A stretch of 64,000 nucleotides of DNA from an uncultured Acidimicrobiaceae bacterium (GTDB lineage: Bacteria > Actinomycetota > Acidimicrobiia > Spongiisociales > SHLN01), in assembly GCA_947259275.1 (NCBI GenBank), contig CAMYMH010000001.1, positions 108,287 through 172,286 of the forward strand, in the 5' to 3' direction. This document shows, one piece after another, positions 19,465-29,345 of the stretch (positions within the stretch are counted from its first letter, which is position 1; each line of letters starts with the position of its first letter). The notes beneath the pieces are model-generated. The model did not search any database and had not been told where the DNA came from. It saw only the letters and a list, made by a program, of their open reading frames with translations. The position numbers and the translations under genes were made by a program.

Positions 19465-20888
19465 CAGTTTCCCTCCGAGTCGTTGTCGACGCCGTGGACG
19501 AGCGCGTGGAGCGACGCGTGTTCGTGCCCTTCGCCGATCTGAGCTGCTAAGTGCTCCGGCAACATGTCACCGGAGCGCTGAGCTCGGCTCATCGACATGT
19601 ATGCATCATCGAGCGAATGATCGGTGGCTTCAGCGATGCTGAGGACCACATCGACCGTGCTCGGGTCCGGGTAGGTGATCATGTTCGGGGACGTGTCGTT
19701 GATCCGATTGGCGTTCTTCAAGCGAACCTCGAAGGGATCCAGACCGAGTACGTCGGCGATCCGGCTCATATGCGTCTCGGTGGCAAACGACACCGACGTC
19801 ACCCCGAAGCCCCTCATGGCGGTGGTGGGAACCCGATTGGTGAACACCACGTATCCGTCGAAGTGGAGATTGGGGATCGTGTATGCGCCGGTGTGGTGGA
19901 AGCTGTGCTTGGTGAGCCCATAGGGGGAGAACCGGGCGTAGGCACCCGAGTCGTGCAAGGTGAGCATCTTGCGACCGAGGATCCATCCGTCACTCGTGAC
20001 CGCATCGATGATTTCCATATGCCACGGCGCCCGTGTCGACGACGCCAGAAACTCCTCTTCCCTGGTCCACCGCCACTTGACGGGACGGTTCGCCTTCATG
20101 GCGGCCAGGGCGGTCACGGTCTCCGATGCGGTGTCCACTTTGCCGCCGAACCCGCCGCCCACGGTGCCACCCACCACCTTCAGGCGATTGAGCGGCACCT
20201 GGAGGTGAGCCGCCATCACCCCCAGCGAGAAGTAGAGCGCCTGGGTGCAGGAGTAGACCGTCAATCTCCCGTCTGGCTCGGGCACCACCATGGAGACCTG
20301 GGTCTCCAACGGGGCGTGCTCGATCGCGGCCGGGCGGTAGACGCCCGACACGATGGTGTCGGCCGCTTCGAAAGCCTCTTCGATGTTGCCCTTGCGAATC
20401 TGGCGGCGGTCCATCTCGCCTTCGAAATGGGGGTACCAGTTGCCCCAGCGGTGAACCGTGGGGGCATCGTCATCGAATGCCTTGCGCACGTCGAACAACG
20501 TGGGACGTTCCTCGTAATCGATTTCGATGGCTTCGACCCCGGCCCTGGCGGTGTCCGCGTCCTCGGCGGCCACCAGGGCGATGGGCTGGCCCTTGTAGCG
20601 GACCTCGTCCTTTGCCAGGAGCGGTTCATCAGCGGGAATGCCGAGGGCGCTCAGATGCCCGTACTCGAGGAGCGGGACGTCCGCATGGGTGATAACCGCC
20701 TCCACACCGGGCATGGCCTCGGCCTTGCTGGTGTCCATGCGAGTGATGGCGGCATGGTGATGGGGTGAGCGCAGGGCCTTGGCCCACAGCATTTCCCGGA
20801 CGCGGACGTCGTCGACGAATTGAGTCTGTCCTGTTACGTGTCCAACCCCGTCGTAGCGGGGAAGGCGGGCGCCTACCGCTTTCATCAT
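19464..20888 (-). CDS. Xanthine dehydrogenase family molybdopterin subunit, N-terminal half (NdhL-like)
   Basis: 'LRSPHHHA', 'HAPLET', 'GGGFGGK', 'AMRGFG'; stop/start overlap with both neighbours. Confidence 0.9.
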   Translation of the reverse strand: MMKAVGARLPRYDGVGHVTGQTQFVDDVRVREMLWAKALRSPHHHAAITRMDTSKAEAMPGVEAVITHADVPLLEYGHLSALGIPADEPLLAKDEVRYKGQPIALVAAEDADTARAGVEAIEIDYEERPTLFDVRKAFDDDAPTVHRWGNWYPHFEGEMDRRQIRKGNIEEAFEAADTIVSGVYRPAAIEHAPLETQVSMVVPEPDGRLTVYSCTQALYFSLGVMAAHLQVPLNRLKVVGGTVGGGFGGKVDTASETVTALAAMKANRPVKWRWTREEEFLASSTRAPWHMEIIDAVTSDGWILGRKMLTLHDSGAYARFSPYGLTKHSFHHTGAYTIPNLHFDGYVVFTNRVPTTAMRGFGVTSVSFATETHMSRIADVLGLDPFEVRLKNANRINDTSPNMITYPDPSTVDVVLSIAEATDHSLDDAYMSMSRAQRSGDMLPEHLAAQIGEGHEHASLHALVHGVDNDSEGN

Positions 20889-21397
20889 CGACCTCCTGTC
20901 TTCACAACGACATTGGGTTCTTCTGCGGTGATCGTGAGATCGAACTCGCTCTGGGTGGCGGCAGCGGCTATTGCATTGACGATTTTGAGGTAGCCGGTGC
21001 AGCGGCACACGTGGCCGCCCAGGGCTTCCTGGATCGCCTCCTTGTCGTCGCTACCGCCTGCGTCGAGGTAGGCAGTGGCGGCCACCACCATGCCCGGCGT
21101 GCAGAATCCGCACTGCGCCGCGTAGTGATGGACGAAGGCCTGCTGCACTGCCGACAGGTTTTCGGATGTGCCCAGACCCTCGAGCGTCGTCACCGCCGCG
21201 CCGTTGAGGGAACCGACCGCGGTTAGGCAGGACCGCTGCGGCCGGCCATCGACGAGTACGGTGCAGGCCCCGCAGCCACCGGCTTCGCACCCGGCTTTGG
21301 CGCTGACGACGTTGAGTTCGTTTCGTAGAACTCGCAAGAGAGGCGTTAGCGGTGGGCTCGAGATTTGACGGGATACCCCGTTGAGCGTGATGTTCAC
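20885..21397 (-). CDS. 2x[2Fe-2S] subunit of molybdenum hydroxylase
   Basis: 'GCEAGGCGACTV...SC', 'QCGFCTPG', 'CRCTGY'. Confidence 0.95.
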   Translation of the reverse strand: MNITLNGVSRQISSPPLTPLLRVLRNELNVVSAKAGCEAGGCGACTVLVDGRPQRSCLTAVGSLNGAAVTTLEGLGTSENLSAVQQAFVHHYAAQCGFCTPGMVVAATAYLDAGGSDDKEAIQEALGGHVCRCTGYLKIVNAIAAAATQSEFDLTITAEEPNVVVKTGGR

Positions 21398-22176
21398 TAA
21401 ACCTCCTTGATCTCGTTCAAGACCCGCTGAACCAGCAGGGGCAGCATTCGTTCCCGATACCAGGCCGATGCCAGCGCATCATCTTGCAGATCGGCATCGG
21501 CCAACGCCGCCTGTCCGGCCGCTTCGGGATCGTCGGCCGCGGCCTCGGCCGAGGAGAGCCTGATCGCGGTCGGTCCGGCACCGGTGGCCGCCAGGCGAAT
21601 GGATCCGTCGCCGGCTTTGACGGCCGACACCGCCAGCGCGGTGGGGTGATGGGCGTGGGGACGGTCGAGGGCGGCGAAGGCGCCGGCCACCGGCTCCTCG
21701 AAGCTCAGGTCGAGGACGAGCCGGGCGTCCCGGTGGGTCAGAAACTCTTCGACCGTCTCGGTGCTCTCGCCCCCGGCCCCGGTCGATCGGACACTGGCGT
21801 CGAGCGCCAGCAGTGGCCCTTGCAGGTCACCGCTCGGATGCTCGGGTGGGGTGGGAGCGCACAGGTTCCCGCCGACGGTGGCCTGGGCCCGGATCTCGTT
21901 GTCTCCGACGTTGGCGGCACAGGGTCCCAGAGGGGCAAAGAGGTCGGCTACATCTGTCACCGGGGTCATGGCGCCCACCGTGACGGCCGAGCCGCTCTTC
22001 CGGACGTATGAGAGGCCGGCCTTGGAAAGCATGAGTGCCCTGGTGGGTCGCAGCCACCCCTGCGTCATGAGCTGCACCACGATGGTGCCCCCGCCTACGA
22101 CGGTGACGTCGCGGCCGTCTCCGTACGCCTCGGCTGCAGCATCCACGGACTCCGGGATCAGTACATCGATGCTCAT
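21397..22176 (-). CDS. FAD-binding subunit of molybdenum hydroxylase
   Basis: 'VGGGT', 'IRAQATVGGNL'; GGAG RBS. Confidence 0.88.
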   Translation of the reverse strand: MSIDVLIPESVDAAAEAYGDGRDVTVVGGGTIVVQLMTQGWLRPTRALMLSKAGLSYVRKSGSAVTVGAMTPVTDVADLFAPLGPCAANVGDNEIRAQATVGGNLCAPTPPEHPSGDLQGPLLALDASVRSTGAGGESTETVEEFLTHRDARLVLDLSFEEPVAGAFAALDRPHAHHPTALAVSAVKAGDGSIRLAATGAGPTAIRLSSAEAAADDPEAAGQAALADADLQDDALASAWYRERMLPLLVQRVLNEIKEV

Positions 22177-22466
22177 CGAATCTCCAATCTGGGTAGCGTG
22201 TTCCGCTTTTGCCGAGGCTAGCAAGTGGGTCTCGCCGCGGAGAATCGCAAGCAGAGCGGCGTGATTGTCGACTCGATGCGGTGCCAGTTCTGCGCTCCTC
22301 AGCGCACCGGCGGCGTCAAGATGGCATACTCGACACCGACGGATTACCGACGAGTCGACCTGCGGTTGAGCACAAACTCACCGGTGCAAGTAACGGGTCC
22401 TTTGACCCTATGGCCGAGCGGGGACTGCAGGCATGACTGGGTCACGCGAGATGAAGGGAGACGCTG

Positions 22467-23381
22467 ATGGGTGATGTGGAAGTGCGCTCAGGCGCAATTC
22501 GGGACCTGATTGACGAGGAGGCCACCCTCGCGGAAGTTGCCACCGGGTTCACTTTTACCGAGGGCCCGATCTGGCATCCCACCGAGGGCTACTTGCTGTT
22601 CTCGGACATGCCGGGCGACATCCGCCGCAAGTACACGCCGGATGGGACCGTGGTCGAAGTGCGGAATCCGTCCAACAAGTGCAACGGAATGACTTACGAC
22701 GCCGACCTCAATCTCATCGTGTGCGAGCATGTGACGTCGTCGCTGGTGCGGGAGAGTCCCGACGGCACGGCCGAGACGATCGCATCGCACTTCGAGGGAA
22801 AAGAGCTGAACAGCCCAAACGACGTGTGCGTTCGATCGGACGGGTCGATCTATTTCTCGGATCCGTGGTACGGCCGGATGCCGGTGTTCGGGGAGGAGCG
22901 AGAGCGCGATCTCGGCTGGCAAGGCGTCTTCCGGGTGCCGCCGGGCAACGGCGACCTGGAGCTGGTCGTCGACCGGGACAAGTACGAGCAGCCAAATGGG
23001 CTGTGCTTCTCGCCGGACGAGTCGCTCATGTACATCAACGACACGCCCCGGGCGCTCATCGACGTCTACGACGTCAACGCCAACGGGAGCCTCTCCAATG
23101 GGCGCCGGTTCGCCGAGAACATCGGCAGCGGCGTGATCGAGGAAGGCATCCCCGACGGGATGAAGTGCGACGAGCAAGGCAACATCTGGGTGACCGGACC
23201 CGGCGGGGTATGGGTCTTCAGCACCGATGGCGAGCACATCGGCACCGTCAAGGTCCCCCAGAACGTCGGCAACCTCACCTGGGGTGGCGACGACTGGCAC
23301 ACGCTGTTCATGCCCAGCACGTCATCGCTCTACACGATCAGGACCAAGGTCGGTCCGCACCACGAACCGTATATGCCGTAG
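22467..23381 (+). CDS. SMP-30/gluconolactonase family protein
   Basis: 'FTEGPIW', 'LNSPND', 'PNGLCFSPDE', 'PDGMKCD'. Confidence 0.93.
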   Translation: MGDVEVRSGAIRDLIDEEATLAEVATGFTFTEGPIWHPTEGYLLFSDMPGDIRRKYTPDGTVVEVRNPSNKCNGMTYDADLNLIVCEHVTSSLVRESPDGTAETIASHFEGKELNSPNDVCVRSDGSIYFSDPWYGRMPVFGEERERDLGWQGVFRVPPGNGDLELVVDRDKYEQPNGLCFSPDESLMYINDTPRALIDVYDVNANGSLSNGRRFAENIGSGVIEEGIPDGMKCDEQGNIWVTGPGGVWVFSTDGEHIGTVKVPQNVGNLTWGGDDWHTLFMPSTSSLYTIRTKVGPHHEPYMP

Positions 23382-23405
23382 GAGAGAAAGGGACCAGAAG
23401 TACAC

Positions 23406-24017
23406 ATGAACGATGAATTCACTCTCGATGCCGACCGTTGCGCGCTGATCGTTCAGGATCTGCAGAACGACGTCATCATCGACGACGGGGCATTCGCCGA
23501 ATCAGGATCTCCGGATCACGCCCGCGAGCAAAACGTCGTAGCCAACGTGCAGCGCATGATGGAGGTGGCCCGTAACAAGGGCATTCCGGTAATCCACGTG
23601 TGGTACATCGTCGAGGAGGGCGCACCCGGCTTGAAGGTCAACGCGCCGCTTTTCGAGGGCGTTGCCGCCGGCGCCATGGTGCGGGGCTCGTGGGGGGCCG
23701 CTCCGGCCGAGGGCCTGGAACCGCAGAAGGGCGACTTCGTCGTCGAGAAGACGCGGATGAGCGCCTGGCAGGGCACCAACCTCGAGAACATCCTCGCCGG
23801 GACGGGTCGTGACACGATCATCGTCACCGGTGCCTGGACGAACATGTCGATCGAGCACACCGCCCGGACCGGGGCAGACAAGGGCTACTACATGGTGGTA
23901 CCAGAGGATGCCTGTTCGACGATGAACGCCGAGTGGCACGACGCCTCCATCAACTACGCGCTCCAGAATGTGTCCACGGTGACAAACGTCGACGGTGTCA
24001 CGGCGGCCCTCGGGTAG
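23406..24017 (+). CDS. Isochorismatase family hydrolase with Ser at the nucleophile position
   Basis: 'QDLQND', 'EKTRMSAW', 'GAWTNMSIEHTAR'. Confidence 0.88.
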   Translation: MNDEFTLDADRCALIVQDLQNDVIIDDGAFAESGSPDHAREQNVVANVQRMMEVARNKGIPVIHVWYIVEEGAPGLKVNAPLFEGVAAGAMVRGSWGAAPAEGLEPQKGDFVVEKTRMSAWQGTNLENILAGTGRDTIIVTGAWTNMSIEHTARTGADKGYYMVVPEDACSTMNAEWHDASINYALQNVSTVTNVDGVTAALG

Positions 24018-24038
24018 CAACTCGGCGCGAGAAGAACC

Positions 24039-25100
24039 TTGACCACCGGTAGCACCACGATCGCCGCCATCCGTCGCGCTAGGGCGCGCTACGGGTTGGC
24101 GGCTCTCGTGGTGCTACCGGCGGTCTTCGCCGTCATCTGGGTGGTGTTCATCGCCAGCGACACCCCGGCGGGCCCGTTGGTCACCGATCCCGACGACTTC
24201 GTCACGACGCTGCTCAACGGCCTGACCATCAGCGGTCTCTACTTCATCGTCGCTTCGGGATTCACGTTGATTTTCGGGCTGATGCGGGCCGTGAACATGG
24301 CGCATGGCTCGGTCTTCCTACTCGGCGGCTACCTGGCAATCGAGTTGCAGCGCAACCTGGTCGGCAGGGGCGCCGGGATCTCGCCGTCCGAGGTGAGCAT
24401 CCTCGAGTGGATTCTGCCTTTGTTGCTGGCCTCGGTAGTCGCCGGACTCGTCGGGCTGGTCATGCATCAGCTCTTCATTCGGCCCTTCCAGGGCGAGGAT
24501 CTCAGGCAGGCTCTCATCACCATCGCCATCTCGGTGATCCTGGCCGACCAGATGATCGCCCGCTTCGGCGGCGTCGCCAAAGATCTCGCCTGGCCGGCGG
24601 CGTTGTTCAAGTTCGTTGATTACTTCGGTATCCGCTATTCGGTGACTCGGCTGTTCATCCTGGGGTCGGCGCTCGTCGTGGGCGTCTTGCTGTGGCTGTG
24701 GCTCAAGAAGACGCGTACCGGGATGGTGATCCGGGCCGGGGTGGACGATACGCCCATGGTGCAGGCTCTTGGCATCAACGTGCAGGTGGTGTTCGCGCTG
24801 GCGTTCGTCGTCGGCTCGGTGCTCGCCGGCGTTGGGGGTGTCATGGGGGCCTCGTTCGCGGCTCTCGCCCCCGGCGTGGATGGGCTCTGGCTCCTCAACT
24901 CGCTGGTGGTCGTGATCATCGGTGGAATGGGATCGTTGAGCGGCGCCGCCGCCGGATCTCTCCTCTACGGGATCGTCACCGCTTTCGCGCCGGCCTACCT
25001 CCCGGCGGCGTATACCCACTACTCGATCATCTTCACGTTCGTGCTGCTGGTTGGGGTCCTGGCAGTGCGGCCCTACGGCCTCTTCGGGAAGCCGGCATGA
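24039..25100 (+). CDS. Branched-chain amino acid-type ABC permease (LivH-like)
   Basis: 'GFTLIFG..NMAHG', 'VIIGGMGS', 'RPYGLFG'. Confidence 0.92.
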   Translation: MTTGSTTIAAIRRARARYGLAALVVLPAVFAVIWVVFIASDTPAGPLVTDPDDFVTTLLNGLTISGLYFIVASGFTLIFGLMRAVNMAHGSVFLLGGYLAIELQRNLVGRGAGISPSEVSILEWILPLLLASVVAGLVGLVMHQLFIRPFQGEDLRQALITIAISVILADQMIARFGGVAKDLAWPAALFKFVDYFGIRYSVTRLFILGSALVVGVLLWLWLKKTRTGMVIRAGVDDTPMVQALGINVQVVFALAFVVGSVLAGVGGVMGASFAALAPGVDGLWLLNSLVVVIIGGMGSLSGAAAGSLLYGIVTAFAPAYLPAAYTHYSIIFTFVLLVGVLAVRPYGLFGKPA

Positions 25101-26137
25101 CGATGCTGCAGCGCGTACGGGATTACCTGCAGGGCGAGAGGGCGCTACTAGCCGGTGTCCTCGTCGTGCTACTGCTGGGACCCCTGCTGTTCAGCGAGTT
25201 CTTCATGAGTTTCGTGCTCACCCAAGCGCTCTGGCTCGGCGTTGCCGGCGTCAGCCTCATATTCCTGTCCGCCTACGGCGGAATGGTCTCGCTCGCCCAG
25301 ACGCTGCTCTACGGGGTGTGCGGGTTCGCCATCGGCAACGCAGTGACCACCGGCGGCAGCAAAGGGCTCAACCTGGGGCTCAACCCGTGGATCGGAGTTC
25401 TCCTCGGCATCGTCATAACGACCGCGCTTGGATTCGTGCTTGGACTGGTTTCGAGTAGATCAGCCGGGCTCTACTTCCTGATGATCACGCTGACTTACGG
25501 CGTCATCGGGTTCTACTTCTTCGGGCAAGTCACGACGTTCTCGGGGTTCGGCGGGATCAACGCCGTGGCCGCACCCGGGTACATCGGCGAGCCGGGGATA
25601 CATCCGGAGCGGCTCTACTACACGGCGCTCCTCATCGCGGTGTTCTCGTACCTGTTGCTGCGCTATGTGGCACGGACTCCGTTCGGTTTGGCGCTGCAGG
25701 GGGTGCGCGACGACCCGGTGCGGATGAGTTCCCTCGGGTACAACATCGTGTTGCACCGCACGCTGGCCTTCACCCTGGCGGCCTTCGTGGCGTCGTTGGC
25801 GGGGGTGCTCAACGTGTGGTGGAACCGACAGATCGACCCGGCCTCGATTGGGCTCGGACCCATCCTGAGTCTGCTGATCATCGTCATCATTGGTGGCATC
25901 GGTCGCCTGGAGGGAGCCTGGCTGGGAGCGTTCGTATTCGTCGTGATCAACAACTACGTCCGGAGCGTGCCCCTCGTCGACAAGATCGGCATTACCGAGG
26001 CACGGTTCAACACGATCGTTGGGGCAATCTTCCTCATCATCGTGTTGGTGTCACCCGACGGGTTGTTCGGGATCGGTGCAAAAGCGAGGAGGTTGACACA
26101 GCGGGGGCGCCGTCTGGCCTTCGCCAGGCAGGAGTGA
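25097..26137 (+). CDS. Branched-chain amino acid-type ABC permease (LivM-like)
   Basis: 'GMVSLAQ', 'YFLMITL', 'PFGLALQGVRD', 'IIGGIG'. Confidence 0.92.
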   Translation: MTMLQRVRDYLQGERALLAGVLVVLLLGPLLFSEFFMSFVLTQALWLGVAGVSLIFLSAYGGMVSLAQTLLYGVCGFAIGNAVTTGGSKGLNLGLNPWIGVLLGIVITTALGFVLGLVSSRSAGLYFLMITLTYGVIGFYFFGQVTTFSGFGGINAVAAPGYIGEPGIHPERLYYTALLIAVFSYLLLRYVARTPFGLALQGVRDDPVRMSSLGYNIVLHRTLAFTLAAFVASLAGVLNVWWNRQIDPASIGLGPILSLLIIVIIGGIGRLEGAWLGAFVFVVINNYVRSVPLVDKIGITEARFNTIVGAIFLIIVLVSPDGLFGIGAKARRLTQRGRRLAFARQE

Positions 26138-26280
26138 GACATGAAGCATAGGATGCGGGGATTCGTCCACGCGTCAGAACCAAACATAGAGTAGAAGGTC
26201 CCTGTCGTTAGGCGGGAACCCTGCTCTACAAAGAACCAAACCCTGGGGCTCCAGCCTCAGAAATTGGGAGGAGTTATCTA

Positions 26281-27795
26281 GTGAAACATCGACTACTGCG
26301 CAAAGGGCCGGTGAGGTTAATCGCCGTGGCCCTCGCCCTGGCCCTAATTGCCGCCTCGTGCGGAGACGACGACGCGGCCACGACGGTGCCGAGTGGCACG
26401 GACACGACTGCGCCGAGCGGCACGGACACGACTGCGCCGGACACGACTGCGCCGAGCGGCACGGACACCACTGCGTCTACCGGTGGCACGGAGGTCATCA
26501 AGCTCGGCGTGGTTTCCGACTGTGAGGGCGCTTTCGGGGCGTTCCACAATCAGGACCTGGCCGGGGTTGGCACCGCCTTCGCCGAGTACGCGGGTGCGAC
26601 GATCCTCGATCCCGACGATGCCGCCGCCGGGTTCACCGGTGCATCCATCAACGGAATTCCCGTCGAGCTGGTCGGTGTCGGATGCGCCGACGACACGGCG
26701 GATGCGGCAATCCGCGAGACCCGTCGTCTCATGGAACAGTTGGAGGCCGACATCATGATCGGTCCTCTCTCCGGAGACGAGAGCATCGCGATAGCCAACT
26801 ACGCCAAGGATCACCCGGGTCAGACGTTCATCAACGGCTCGGCCGGAGCCCAGGACACGACGATGGCGGTGAAGGCGCCGAATTTCTTCCGGTTCAACGG
26901 TGACGGTGCGCAATGGAACGCCGGGACGGGCGACATCGCCCGCAACACCTTGGGCTGGGACACCGCGGCGGTGATCATGGACGATTACAGCTTCGCCTGG
27001 ACGTCGACCGCAGGGTTCATCGCTGAGTTCTGCGCCGCCGGTGGCGAGGTGATCTCACGGGTGTTCCCGCCGCTCAACACGACGGACTACTCGTCCTTCG
27101 TGCAGCAGCTGCCCGATCCGGACGAAGTAGACGGCTACTTCTGGACGATTGGCGGGGCCGGCACGATCGGCGGCCTGAAGGCGTTTGAGGATGCCAAAGG
27201 TCCGATCAGCGGCGATCAGCACATGGGGAACCTGTTCTGGGGCACCCCCGGCCAGTTCGAGGAACTCGGTGACCGAGTCGAGGGCGCCTACGTGGGTGGC
27301 TTCGGCACCGCCGGCGATCTCAAGACGGACGCGGTCGCGGCGCACACCGCGCTGGTCGACAAGTACTACGACTCGTTCCCGCCGTTCGAAGGCGATGCGG
27401 CCTCGCAGGCTCATTCGGGCTTCCTGGTCAACTACTTCATGGCTTCGAAGGCTCTGATCGAGGCGCTCAAGGAGATCGGTGGAGACATCTCCGACGGCCA
27501 CGCGGCGTTGAGGGACGCTCTGTCGAACCTGGAAGTGGAGGGCCCGTACGGCACCATCACGCTCGACGAGAACCGCCAGGCAATCCAGGACCAGTTCGTG
27601 CAGCAGGTGGTCCGGGGCGACGACGGAAACCTGGCGGTGGTGACCGTGGCGAAGATCCCCAAGGTCGACCAGACCTTCGGAGGAACCTTCGACGGAGATC
27701 CGCCCCCGGGGCGTGACGTGCCGGCTTGTGAGGTCCGGGATATACCTTGGATCGGGAACGCCATTCCGGTGGTCGACGGCATCCCCCAGGAGTGA
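26281..27795 (+). CDS. ABC substrate-binding lipoprotein (LivJ-like)
   Basis: Lipobox 'IAASC', Thr-rich linker, 'IGPLSGDE', 'GPYGTITLDENRQA'; GGAGG RBS. Confidence 0.9.
   Translation: MKHRLLRKGPVRLIAVALALALIAASCGDDDAATTVPSGTDTTAPSGTDTTAPDTTAPSGTDTTASTGGTEVIKLGVVSDCEGAFGAFHNQDLAGVGTAFAEYAGATILDPDDAAAGFTGASINGIPVELVGVGCADDTADAAIRETRRLMEQLEADIMIGPLSGDESIAIANYAKDHPGQTFINGSAGAQDTTMAVKAPNFFRFNGDGAQWNAGTGDIARNTLGWDTAAVIMDDYSFAWTSTAGFIAEFCAAGGEVISRVFPPLNTTDYSSFVQQLPDPDEVDGYFWTIGGAGTIGGLKAFEDAKGPISGDQHMGNLFWGTPGQFEELGDRVEGAYVGGFGTAGDLKTDAVAAHTALVDKYYDSFPPFEGDAASQAHSGFLVNYFMASKALIEALKEIGGDISDGHAALRDALSNLEVEGPYGTITLDENRQAIQDQFVQQVVRGDDGNLAVVTVAKIPKVDQTFGGTFDGDPPPGRDVPACEVRDIPWIGNAIPVVDGIPQE
26381..26476 (+). 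repeat. 24-bp tandem coding repeat (TDTTAPSG)
   Basis: About 3.5 copies of gacacgactgcgccgagcggcacg, one truncated. Confidence 0.85.
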
Positions 27796-27808
27796 GGTAT
27801 CGATACAG

Positions 27809-28606
27809 GTGGAGAGGCGTACCGAAACTGGAAAGGACCTGACGACTGACGGTGCGCCTCCGATCCTGCGATTGCGCGGGATCGACATGGCCTTTGGAGG
27901 CGTGCAAGCCCTGCGCGACGTCGAGTTCGACGTCGCGCAGGGCGAGCGCCTCGGGATCCTCGGACCCAACGGGGCCGGCAAGACGACCCTGTTCAACGTG
28001 ATCGCCGGCGACTTTGCGCCCACCGCAGGGACGGTCGAGATCCACGGGCAGGACGTGACGTCAATGCCGGCCAGGAAGCGCCCGTCGCTCGGAGTGGGTC
28101 GTACATATCAGGTGTCGCGTCTCTTCTCCGGGCTGTCGGTGGAGGACAACCTCTACCTGGCGGTTCTCGGCAATGAAACCGGACACCATCGTCCGGTCAT
28201 CGTCAAGCGCGATGAGGATTACCGCACACGCGCTCGCGCCGCCGCGGTGGGGGTGTGGCTACAAGACGAGCTCGATACCCTCGTGTCCGGGCTGTCGCAC
28301 GGTGAGCAGCGTCAGCTCGAGGTGGGGATGGCAATGGTCACCCACCCGTCGCTCTTGATGCTCGACGAGCCGGCCTCCGGCCTATCGAGGGGTGAGCGAG
28401 AACGCTTGACCGAGCTGCTGTTGTCTCTGCAGGGCGACATCACGCTGTTGCTGATCGAGCACGACATGGACGTCGCTCTTACCGTGGCCGAACGGATCGT
28501 GATGATGCACGAGGGCAAGAAGATCACGGAGGGCACCCCCGCCGAGATCCGGGCGAACGCTCTCGTGCACCAGATCTATCTGGGAGAGCGTATCTCCTAT
28601 GACTGA
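27809..28606 (+). CDS. ABC ATP-binding protein (LivG-like)
   Basis: Walker A 'GPNGAGKTT', 'LSHGEQR', 'LDEP', 'IEHDMD'; start approximate. Confidence 0.92.
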   Translation: MERRTETGKDLTTDGAPPILRLRGIDMAFGGVQALRDVEFDVAQGERLGILGPNGAGKTTLFNVIAGDFAPTAGTVEIHGQDVTSMPARKRPSLGVGRTYQVSRLFSGLSVEDNLYLAVLGNETGHHRPVIVKRDEDYRTRARAAAVGVWLQDELDTLVSGLSHGEQRQLEVGMAMVTHPSLLMLDEPASGLSRGERERLTELLLSLQGDITLLLIEHDMDVALTVAERIVMMHEGKKITEGTPAEIRANALVHQIYLGERISYD

Positions 28607-29345
28607 GCCTCTTCTCAGCATCTCCCAGCTGGTCGGCGGGTACGGAAGCGCCCGGGTGCTCGACGGTATCGAACTGGAGGTCGGCGTCGAGGCGGTTTCC
28701 GTTATCGGTCGCAACGGCATGGGGAAGACAACACTATGCAACACGATCATGGGCCTGGTCCCAGCCATGTCCGGCTCGATCAGGTTCAAAGGAGAAGAGC
28801 TGGTCGGGAGATCTCCGCACCGGATCGCCGCCACCGGAATCGGCTACGTTCCGCAGGGGCGGCGCCTGTTCGAGTCATTGACGGTCGACGAGCACCTGCA
28901 AATGCTGGCCAAAGGTACGAGGGGCCGGCGCTGGACACCGGCCAGCGTCTACGAGTTGTTTCCCCGGCTGGCCGATCGCAAGCGACTCGGCGGTGCCCTC
29001 CTATCGGGTGGGGAACAGCAGATGCTGGCGATCGGGCGGGCGCTTCTCCTCAACGCCGATCTGATCATCCTGGACGAGCCCTCCGAGGGCTTGGCGCCCG
29101 CCATCGTGGACGACCTGATCACCACCTGTCACCACCTGGTCGAACAGGGCGAGGCGGTGCTCCTCGTCGAACAGAACCTCTCCGTTGCGACGGCCGTATC
29201 TGAACGCAACCTGGTGATGGTGTCCGGCCGGATCGAAGCCGAGATCTCGGCCGGCGCTCTGATGGGCGATCCGGTGGCCCAGCAGCGGTATCTGGGCGTG
29301 GAGACACTCAACCAAACCGATCAGGCCCACGGCGACGGTAAATGA
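28599..29345 (+). CDS. ABC ATP-binding protein (LivF-like)
   Basis: 'GRNGMGKTT', 'LSGGEQQML', 'DEPSEGLAP'. Confidence 0.93.
   Translation: MTEPLLSISQLVGGYGSARVLDGIELEVGVEAVSVIGRNGMGKTTLCNTIMGLVPAMSGSIRFKGEELVGRSPHRIAATGIGYVPQGRRLFESLTVDEHLQMLAKGTRGRRWTPASVYELFPRLADRKRLGGALLSGGEQQMLAIGRALLLNADLIILDEPSEGLAPAIVDDLITTCHHLVEQGEAVLLVEQNLSVATAVSERNLVMVSGRIEAEISAGALMGDPVAQQRYLGVETLNQTDQAHGDGK

Noticed and set aside
22267-22359. 9-bp inverted repeat GTCGACTCG/CGAGTCGAC in the divergent promoter region
   Set aside because: Short, 75 bp apart and plausible by chance in this composition.
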